Origin: an uncultured archaeon
GTDB lineage: Archaea; Asgardarchaeota; Lokiarchaeia; Sigyniarchaeales; SOKP01
Direction: 5' to 3'
Assembly: GCA_964632315.1 (NCBI GenBank)
Contig: CAZWEM010000049.1
Location: forward strand, 1 to 35,421
Length of the DNA: 35,421 nucleotides
Part shown: positions 28,113 to 35,421 of the stretch, piece after piece
Layout: each line of letters opens with the position of its first letter
Position numbering within the stretch: position 1 is the first letter of the stretch
Notes under the pieces: model-generated
The model's database searches: none
Seen by the model: the letters and a program-made list of their open reading frames with translations, nothing else
Told to the model about the DNA's origin: nothing
Made by a program: the position numbers and the translations under genes

Positions 28113-28634
28113 GTGCCCAAGAAGTTTATTTTAAAGATTTTGCTTGCCGGCGATGGTGGGGTCGGGAAAACTACTTTACTCCATAGATTCGTAGAGGGGA
28201 AGTTCAGTGCTGAGACTAAGATGACGATTGGCGTAGAATTTTTCTTAAAAGAAACACAAGTTGACGGACAACAATGTACTCTCCAATTATGGGATTTTGG
28301 TGGACAAGAACGGTTCAGATTTTTGCTCGAAAGTTATGTCCTCGGTGCTAAAGGGGCTTTATTACTATTTGATTTAACTCGACCGATGACCTTAGATAAC
28401 CTAGATCAATGGGTTGGAATCGTTCGCAAGAGCGATCCTAATTTACCTGTCATATTTTTAGGCACTAAGAATGATTTAACAGAAGAAATTATGATAAATG
28501 ACGAGTATGCCGAGATAATAAAAGATCAATTGAATCTAGTTGAATTTCTTAGAGTCTCCAGTAAAACAGGTGAAAATGTACAACAAGCGTTTGATCTCTT
28601 GTCAGAGACAATTTTAAGTCGTCAAAATTACTAA
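28113..28634 (+). CDS. Rab-like small GTPase (Ras superfamily)
   Basis: G1 GDGGVGKTT, TIGVEF, G3 WDFGGQERF, G4 GTKND, G5 SSK; no C-terminal Cys. Confidence 0.93.
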   Translation: MPKKFILKILLAGDGGVGKTTLLHRFVEGKFSAETKMTIGVEFFLKETQVDGQQCTLQLWDFGGQERFRFLLESYVLGAKGALLLFDLTRPMTLDNLDQWVGIVRKSDPNLPVIFLGTKNDLTEEIMINDEYAEIIKDQLNLVEFLRVSSKTGENVQQAFDLLSETILSRQNY

Positions 28635-28652
28635 TTTGGCTGATTTTTAAAA

Positions 28653-29090
28653 ATGATAGAAAATCTAATTATACTAGATTCAAATTTCATTCTATTACCC
28701 TTTCAGTTCAAAATTGACTACCTAAAAGAGATCCGGGAATATTTGGTTGGTAAAACCTCTTTCATAGTATATCAGCAAATAATGGATGAGCTAAAAGCTA
28801 AAGAAAATCGATTTCCAAATAAGACAAGGTTCAAGAGGGAATTAGATGCGGGATTAACTTATCTAAATCACAATAAAAATCTTTATACATTTATATTTGA
28901 TGATGAGAAAAAAGAACAGTCTGAAACGACAGATGATTTCTTAATTAGAAAATGCAAGTCACTGAAGAGTGAAGAATCTCGCGTGTATTTAGCTACAAAT
29001 GATAAAGAGCTACGGAAAAAGGCGATTGATATTAAAATCTTTTCAATTTTTATGCGTCAAAAAAAGTTTATTGATGTGGAAGGTTTTTAA
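28653..29090 (+). CDS. PIN-domain protein (Fcf1/Utp24-like)
   Basis: IILDSNFI, IMDEL, TDDFL, LATNDKELRKK acidic PIN motifs. Confidence 0.85.
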   Translation: MIENLIILDSNFILLPFQFKIDYLKEIREYLVGKTSFIVYQQIMDELKAKENRFPNKTRFKRELDAGLTYLNHNKNLYTFIFDDEKKEQSETTDDFLIRKCKSLKSEESRVYLATNDKELRKKAIDIKIFSIFMRQKKFIDVEGF

Positions 29091-29187
29091 AAGAAAACTT
29101 TTATGTTATTTACAACTTGATTAATTATTAGTTTAATAGAAATTGTAAATGTTCTTATTGTAGAAAAACTAGATTGGGGGTAGCTAT

Positions 29188-29721
29188 ATGCCAAAAGGTA
29201 AGGTCTTAAAGGTTGTAATAAGCGGAGATGGTGGTGTTGGTAAAACCACGCTATTACATCGATATATAGAAGGAAGATTTATTGTAGCTACTCAAATGAC
29301 AATAGGGGTTGAATTTTTCCTTAAACAGCTTGAAGTCGATGGAAAAAAGATACTGCTTCAAATATGGGATTTTGGAGGTCAGGAACGCTTTCGGTTTCTA
29401 TTAAAAAATTATGCGAGAGGAGCAAAAGGAGCACTTTTTTTATTCGACCTTACCAGGCCAATGTCATTAGAAAAAATTGAGGAATGGTTGGATATATGTA
29501 GGATTGACGATCCAAGTGTTCCAGTCTTGTTAATCGGATCAAAATTAGATATGGTTGAAGAAATGTTAATTAATGAATCTTACATAGAAGAAGTAAAAGA
29601 AAAATATAGTTTATTTGATTTTTTAAAAGTCTCGAGCAAAACGGGGGAAAATGTAGAATTAGCGTTTCAAAAGATTGGAGCTGAAATTGTAAGAAATATA
29701 GATTCACGTAACATATTATAA
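29188..29721 (+). CDS. Rab-like small GTPase (Ras superfamily), paralog 2
   Basis: GDGGVGKTT, TIGVEF, LQIWDFGGQERFR, YARGA, GSKLD, SSKTGENV; no C-terminal Cys. Confidence 0.93.
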   Translation: MPKGKVLKVVISGDGGVGKTTLLHRYIEGRFIVATQMTIGVEFFLKQLEVDGKKILLQIWDFGGQERFRFLLKNYARGAKGALFLFDLTRPMSLEKIEEWLDICRIDDPSVPVLLIGSKLDMVEEMLINESYIEEVKEKYSLFDFLKVSSKTGENVELAFQKIGAEIVRNIDSRNIL

Positions 29722-30900
29722 TCGATTCTTTAAAATTTGTATTAAATCTACTTTTTCTAAAACGACGGGGTTATTTTTTTGACTGGTAATTTCTGCGAGA
29801 TGGTCAATTTCTTCTTCTCTTATACCAAAATTAGCTAAGCGACTAAGTTTTAACTCATCAGTCCAATCATCTAGAATCTGGATTAAGGAATCTGCATTTT
29901 TTAATGTTTCGTTGGGTGAACATGGTCTTTCAGCTAAAATTTCTCCTATTTTGGCAAATTTTTTTAAACCAAGTATCCCATTCTTTCCATTTTCTTTAAG
30001 TTTCTCAATATTTATCCGTGTTGCTTCAGCTAGGAGTGTTCCACATACCACACCATGAGGGATTTTAAATTCACCTCCAATCGATGATGCAAAACCATGG
30101 ACTACCCCTAGTCCTGCATTTGCGAGAGTGATCCCTGAAATCAATGATCCGTAGGCCATCTTCGAACGCATATTAATATCTGAAGCTGAACCAAATGCAG
30201 CGGGAATTAAGGCATTTTTTACATGTTCCATTCCATCTATTGCTAATGCATCGGTTAAGGAACTTGAAGCAGTGGAAACATATGATTCTAAAAGCTGTGT
30301 AAATGCATCTAATCCACACGCAGCGGTGACTGATGATGGGCATGAAAGTGTTAATTCAGGATCGATAATTGCGATATTTGGAATTAAATTATCATGTCTT
30401 AACGATTTCTTAAATCCATTCGGACCTACCTTGCTAATTACAGCATTCTTAGTGGCTTCACTACCAGTACCAGAGGTAGTAGGAATTGCAATATATGGCA
30501 ATTTTTCACCATCGTGTACTTTATTCCCTAATCCTTCAAGGTATTCTTTTATTGAATCACTCTTTTTGATCATGGCTGATATTGCTTTTCCTGTATCAAT
30601 GACACTTCCTCCACCAATTCCGACAATTAAATCTAAATTTTGATGTTGAAATTCTTTAACAGCATCATCCACTATTTCAGGAGATGGTTCTCCACTTACA
30701 GCCAAATGGTATAAAGAAATACCCTGTTCATTACTTGTGGATTCAATTTTATCCCAAATTCCCGATTGTATTAATGAATGGGAACCGGTTATAATTAACA
30801 CGTTATTTCCAAATTTAGGCATGATCTGAAAGAGCTCTTTTAATTTTCCGGCTCCAAAGATGATTTTTGGTATTCGTGAAAAATTAAACGTTTGATTCAT
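29716..30900 (-). CDS. Iron-containing alcohol dehydrogenase
   Basis: GGGSVID, PTTSGTGSE, DAFTQLLE, GLGVVHG, PHGVVC. Confidence 0.92.
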   Translation of the reverse strand: MNQTFNFSRIPKIIFGAGKLKELFQIMPKFGNNVLIITGSHSLIQSGIWDKIESTSNEQGISLYHLAVSGEPSPEIVDDAVKEFQHQNLDLIVGIGGGSVIDTGKAISAMIKKSDSIKEYLEGLGNKVHDGEKLPYIAIPTTSGTGSEATKNAVISKVGPNGFKKSLRHDNLIPNIAIIDPELTLSCPSSVTAACGLDAFTQLLESYVSTASSSLTDALAIDGMEHVKNALIPAAFGSASDINMRSKMAYGSLISGITLANAGLGVVHGFASSIGGEFKIPHGVVCGTLLAEATRINIEKLKENGKNGILGLKKFAKIGEILAERPCSPNETLKNADSLIQILDDWTDELKLSRLANFGIREEEIDHLAEITSQKNNPVVLEKVDLIQILKNRL

Positions 30901-31009
30901 TTGAACTCAACTCGTTATTATTTATTCTATTATATTTCAAAATAAATTTTATTTCCTTTAAAATAATTTTAATGTATAGTTTACTTAAATTAATTTATCA
31001 ATAATTTTC

Positions 31010-31363
31010 ATGAGGTGTTTAATTATCAAACAAGTAAATGAAAATGATTTTACATACAGGAACGGAGATTCGGGAGTAAAGTATCTCATGAGGGGTCCTA
31101 GCATTGATTGGGGTGTAATACGTTTAAAGCCCGGTGAATCTATGGCGGATAAACCGCATGGTCATGTTGAAATCGATGAAACATTTTATTTTACCGAGGG
31201 AAAAGGACTCATGATTGTAGATGATAAGAAAATCGAAGCTCCTCAAGGAAGTGTATTTCTCATTGAACCGAAAGAAATGCATAACATCAAAAACAATTCA
31301 AAAAATGTTTTAAAGGTTATATTCATTAAAGGGAAATATAAACCCGAGGATAAAATAGAGTAG
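31010..31363 (+). CDS. Cupin-domain protein
   Basis: PHGHVEIDETFYF..G.G and EPKEMH metal-binding cupin motifs; start uncertain. Confidence 0.85.
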   Translation: MRCLIIKQVNENDFTYRNGDSGVKYLMRGPSIDWGVIRLKPGESMADKPHGHVEIDETFYFTEGKGLMIVDDKKIEAPQGSVFLIEPKEMHNIKNNSKNVLKVIFIKGKYKPEDKIE

Positions 31364-31386
31364 ATATTGCAGAGGGAGTAAAACAA

Positions 31387-31764
31387 ATGGCCAAAAAAAA
31401 ACCAAAAAAGGGTAAACAACAAATAGATCCGGAAACTCAATTTGCTGGGCGGATAAAGGTACCTAACCGAAAGATGGGAGAACAATTTGGAAGAGTAATT
31501 CAGATCTATGGAAATGATAGAATGGGTATATGGTGTGAGGATGGTAAGCATCGTACAGGAAGAATTCGAGGTAAAATTAAGAAAAGAGTATGGATTCGTC
31601 AAGGAGATTTAGTAATTGTAAATCCATGGGACTGGGAGACAGAAACCCAAGGAGACGAGGGAAAATGTGAAATAACATGGAGATATACTAAAGCAGAGAT
31701 TTCCTGGCTTGAGAGAAAGAATAAAATCCCCCAAATACTCGATATTAACAACATTCCCTTGTAA
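31387..31764 (+). CDS. eif1a: Translation initiation factor aIF-1A
   Basis: CEDGKHRTGRIRGKIKKRVWIRQGDLVIVNPW...ITWRY OB-fold signature. Confidence 0.95.
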   Translation: MAKKKPKKGKQQIDPETQFAGRIKVPNRKMGEQFGRVIQIYGNDRMGIWCEDGKHRTGRIRGKIKKRVWIRQGDLVIVNPWDWETETQGDEGKCEITWRYTKAEISWLERKNKIPQILDINNIPL

Positions 31765-31882
31765 GATATTTGTCCACTCTATAAAGCAAAATTTTAAAAT
31801 TTATGAATTCCTATTTTAAGTGTACTTCTTTTTAATAATAATTTTAAAAAAGGAGAATTCAAATAAGAAGAGGAGAAAAAGT

Positions 31883-32614
31883 ATGGTAGATCAAGAAGAC
31901 GATGTTGGAAATGAAGGAGTTGCTTTAGATATTGAAGATAAGGATGAGTTAACAACACTCTTCGCTGTTAGAACCACAATTAATCAAGAAAGCAACATAT
32001 TAAGGCAAATATTTTATCGTTTTAAGATCTTGGATGTGATTCCAGACATCCGAGCCATGTTGGTAAGCCCATTATTACCAGGTTACATTTTTTTTGAAGC
32101 TCCGCAGAAAAGGGATGTTCAAATAGCAGTTCAAGGAATTCCGCATATCAAGGGAAGAATAGTTCAGAATATAAAACTATCTGAGTTAAAACATGTATTA
32201 CTACCTAGAAGTGTGACTGAATATCTAGAAGAAGGAGATACCGTGGAAATCATTAGTGGAGTTTTTGAAGGATCGAGAGCTCTAGTGATACGGATGCCTC
32301 ATGATACATCAAGTAGTGAAGAGGTGGTGGTAAGATTATTACAAGAAGAAACTCCCATTACGATTAAAATTCATGGCGATTATTTGAAATTAGTAGAGAA
32401 AAAGACACATGAAAAAGAACCGATACCAGAAATCAAAGTAACTGCTGAAGAAGTAATGACAGATTTAGAAAAAGCCATTTCATTTGATGATGAATTTGAA
32501 GAATTCGAAGAAGAATATTCAGAAAAGGAAAAGGAAGAAAAGAAGGAAGTTTTATACGAGGAAGAAGAAGAATATGAAGACGATGATGAATGGGCAAAAT
32601 TTGATGGATTCTAA
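31883..32614 (+). CDS. spt5: Transcription elongation factor Spt5 (NusG family) with acidic extensions
   Basis: NGN domain (FAVRTTINQE...LPGYIFFEA) and KOW (GDTVEIISGVFEG); ATG at 31883 preceded by AGGAG. Confidence 0.88.
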   Translation: MVDQEDDVGNEGVALDIEDKDELTTLFAVRTTINQESNILRQIFYRFKILDVIPDIRAMLVSPLLPGYIFFEAPQKRDVQIAVQGIPHIKGRIVQNIKLSELKHVLLPRSVTEYLEEGDTVEIISGVFEGSRALVIRMPHDTSSSEEVVVRLLQEETPITIKIHGDYLKLVEKKTHEKEPIPEIKVTAEEVMTDLEKAISFDDEFEEFEEEYSEKEKEEKKEVLYEEEEEYEDDDEWAKFDGF

Positions 32615-32774
32615 AATAGATAACTCTCTCTAACCTCTTTTTTACAAATTTTTCAAACACAATTCTTCACATTTATTACTGCTTGTTTATGATTCAAGAG
32701 GATTTTTAAACATGTAATATCTTTAACATTGTATAAGAAGAAATAACTTTGAACCAATAAAGTAGCTTTATATA

Positions 32775-33521
32775 ATGATTAAAAATATTTTCATAATGAA
32801 ATCAACTGGCGAGCTCATTTTTTATAAAACTTATGAAGATATTTTTAATATTAAATTAACAAGCAGTTTTTTGAGCGCGATATTTTCTTTTGTTAAACAA
32901 ACTTTGAAAACGAAAGAATTATCTGAAATTGAAGTTGGTCCCTTTAGGTTCATTTTTGAAATTGAAAAGGCAAATTCAAGCGAGTTAATGTTCGCTCTTT
33001 TTAGTGATCGCACGGATAATCTCGTGGAATTAAGAAATCAGTTAAGAGAGATTAAAAGGGAATTCTTGAAAAAATTTGATTTACAAATACTTATCGAGGA
33101 TTTTGATGGAGAAATTTCAAAGTATCAAGAATTCGAACATGATGTAGATGAAATCATGGAAAAAAGTAAAAAATTAATTTCAGAAGATATTCAGAAAGAT
33201 CTTATTGAAGTTTTTCAGGAACTACATACTTTTTCTTCATTCGTAATTTCTTCTGCCTTATTGACCCAAACTGGAAGAGTAATTATCTCATATCTTAATG
33301 CAAATGTGCTTTCAGATATAATTAGACTCTTAGAAAGTAGATTTATCATCGGAAATTCTCAGATCAATGAATTAATTTCCCTAGAGGAATATGGTATTCT
33401 TTCACTGGTTGGTATAGATAATTTCATTTCTATCGTTCAATTTAAAAAAAATTGCCCATTTGAGACTGCGCTTATAATCTCAAAAAAATTTTCCAGTCGC
33501 TTAAAGCATTTAATTACCTAG
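32775..33521 (+). CDS. Longin-domain protein fused to a roadblock-like domain
   Basis: N-terminal IFIMKSTGELIFYK...LTSSFLSAIFSF longin pattern; C-terminal SSALLTQTGRVIIS roadblock-like pattern. Confidence 0.7.
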   Translation: MIKNIFIMKSTGELIFYKTYEDIFNIKLTSSFLSAIFSFVKQTLKTKELSEIEVGPFRFIFEIEKANSSELMFALFSDRTDNLVELRNQLREIKREFLKKFDLQILIEDFDGEISKYQEFEHDVDEIMEKSKKLISEDIQKDLIEVFQELHTFSSFVISSALLTQTGRVIISYLNANVLSDIIRLLESRFIIGNSQINELISLEEYGILSLVGIDNFISIVQFKKNCPFETALIISKKFSSRLKHLIT

Positions 33522-33761
33522 TTAGGATTGAAAAAAAATAACCCTTTTTTAACAATAACCATGTACCTTGAAGAACGAAAACTTCAACATAATTATTAAA
33601 AGAGTACATTATTTATCACATTTCAATAAAATTACATGTTTTTATGCATGACTTTTTTTAAATTCATTAATAAAGTATAACAAAATTAAAAAGTCAAATC
33701 ACATTTTTCTTAGTATAATTATTACTTGTGAAACACATAAAATTAAATTAGGGATAAGAAA

Positions 33762-35063
33762 ATGGAAGAAAAAAAGACCAAATTTATGGAACAAGCTATA
33801 AATGATGATATCCTCGAAAAATTAAGCTTGAAGAATCGCTACGCTTTTTTAAATACTAATTTGATGACCGTTCTTGAACCTAAAGATTTTAATTTCCTTA
33901 AAAAAGCGGAAAAGTTCTGTACTCGATATGAGAAAAAGAACAACATCACTCACGCCCCTGATGAAGAGTTTTATCACTGGATACCCGATTTTGGTAAAGA
34001 AGGCTTGATTTCAAGAGCTCACGCATATGAAGAAATAGACATGAACTATGAAGAACATGGATTAGCGATTGAATTAATGAGGTGCTTAGCACTTAGCTTT
34101 TTTGACCCCCAATTTTCAATGGCTGGTGGGGCAACTATTCTCGCAATTAATCCCGTTTTTTTTCACCACGAGAATATTCCCATTAGATTGGAGATCATGA
34201 AAAAATGGGTGACTGGTGAGTCTCCCGGAGCTATCTTAATTACCGAGCCCGAAAGAGGATCGGATGCCGTTCATCAATTAACGACCCTTAAAGAAGAATC
34301 AGATGGAAGTTACGTGTTTAATGGAGAAAAAATTTTCAATACTAATGCTCCAAAATCGCGATATGTTATAGCATATGGGACTGCTGAAGAGAATAACGGT
34401 AACATGATGGCTCAGGTATTAATCGACACCACATGGGACGGTTGGGAATGTAATAGAGTGTTCATACCATGGGTACCTAAAGTTCATATTGGACATGAAT
34501 ACCTTAAGGATCTTAGAGTTCCCAAGGAATATATTTTAGGTCCAATTGGGAAGGGGAGAGAACATTTGTTCGAGGGACTTGTTCCAGAAAGGATAGGGAT
34601 TTCACTTGATGCTATTTCACAGGCTTGGAACGCTTTAGCTCACGCTTCAATATATTCAAATTTAAGAAGACAATTTAATCAGGAAATTCTCAAATTCCAA
34701 GGCGTTGGATTCACTTTAACTGATATGTGGGCACGGGTTACGAATGTTACGCAAGGTTTGCTTAGATTTTGTGAAAAATATGATCAAATAGAAGAAAAAT
34801 TCGGTGGAGAGATACCTAAGAACATCAGCCAAGCAATGGTAGCCTCAGCATCCCAATACAAGTACCATACAACCGCTCTTTCAAAAGAAGTGTGCTATGA
34901 GTGTGCAAATTTAATGGGAGGTGCTGGTCTCTGTGATAACACATTAACACATGATTTATTAAATATTTCTCGCATCCAGGAGATTGTGGGCGGTTCTAGA
35001 CAGATACAGTTATATATTCTCTCAATGGCAATGCGCACTTTATACAAAATGAGCGGAATCTAG
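33762..35063 (+). CDS. Acyl-CoA dehydrogenase
   Basis: ITEPERGSD, NGEKIFNTN, RRQFNQEILKFQGV, MGGAG, IVGGSRQIQ. Confidence 0.9.
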   Translation: MEEKKTKFMEQAINDDILEKLSLKNRYAFLNTNLMTVLEPKDFNFLKKAEKFCTRYEKKNNITHAPDEEFYHWIPDFGKEGLISRAHAYEEIDMNYEEHGLAIELMRCLALSFFDPQFSMAGGATILAINPVFFHHENIPIRLEIMKKWVTGESPGAILITEPERGSDAVHQLTTLKEESDGSYVFNGEKIFNTNAPKSRYVIAYGTAEENNGNMMAQVLIDTTWDGWECNRVFIPWVPKVHIGHEYLKDLRVPKEYILGPIGKGREHLFEGLVPERIGISLDAISQAWNALAHASIYSNLRRQFNQEILKFQGVGFTLTDMWARVTNVTQGLLRFCEKYDQIEEKFGGEIPKNISQAMVASASQYKYHTTALSKEVCYECANLMGGAGLCDNTLTHDLLNISRIQEIVGGSRQIQLYILSMAMRTLYKMSGI

Positions 35064-35187
35064 AAATCAAGCATTTTCACTACACTTTTTTTTATTATTT
35101 TTATCTTTTTTGAAATTACATTTGTAGCATATACCTTTATAGTTCAAAAAATAAACAGAAAAAAGATATAATAATTTAAGGGAGCAA

Positions 35188-35421
35188 CTAAATCTCTAAA
35201 ATTTTATCCCATACTTTTCTTTCTTTATCGAATAATGAATTAGCGATTTTAATTTCATTTCCTAAAACAAGTGTTGATCTGTTTTTCTCTTCATAAGTAG
35301 GCCAATTTGGGATTCCATCATGATTTGGATTACCATCACGCGCAAATGAAAGCCAAGCATCCATCATTCTTTCACATAAATTTTCTGTATTGGAGGCATT
35401 TCCTACTAAAGCCTTCATCCC
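35188..35421 (-). CDS. Type B carboxylesterase, C-terminal fragment (runs off window end)
   Basis: MMDAWLSFARDGNPN....WPTY is the typical COesterase C-terminus; the frame is open to the window edge. Confidence 0.82.
   Translation of the reverse strand, partial: GMKALVGNASNTENLCERMMDAWLSFARDGNPNHDGIPNWPTYEEKNRSTLVLGNEIKIANSLFDKERKVWDKILEI

Noticed and set aside
7814-33013. Other shadow ORFs in the track (7814, 8443, 15717, 17065, 17485, 21625, 22682, 23035, 24233, 25130, 30272, 31243, 32433, 32831)
   Set aside because: Each overlaps a confidently assigned gene and has no family signature.

Overview
AT-rich archaeal chromosomal window with a gene set typical of Asgard archaea (Lokiarchaeia-like). 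It carries two Rab-like small GTPases, a longin-roadblock protein, eukaryote-type ribosomal protein eL22, form III RuBisCO with ribose-1,5-bisphosphate isomerase, aIF-2 gamma, aIF-1A, TFS, Spt5, a RecJ/DHH nuclease, UvrC, a PadR-regulated heterodimeric ABC exporter and several metabolic enzymes. The main discovery is in the ORF-free gap at 24759-25151: a stand-alone, circularly permuted 5S rRNA gene. Its 3' portion (24925-25005) lies upstream of its 5' portion (25010-25044), and the normal ends of helix I are joined by a UUUG tetraloop. The gene sits inside an 18-bp processing stem and a bulge-helix-bulge/loop-like motif. Standard splicing-endonuclease cleavage and ligation there would rebuild loop C and give a 120-nt circular 5S rRNA. 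Secondary oddities are a ~265-aa Met/Gly-rich insertion inside an ABC ATPase domain, an HhH-fused aIF-2 gamma, a Rab-PIN-Rab cluster and an Spt5 with acidic tails. No mobile elements, CRISPR arrays or tRNAs were recognised.
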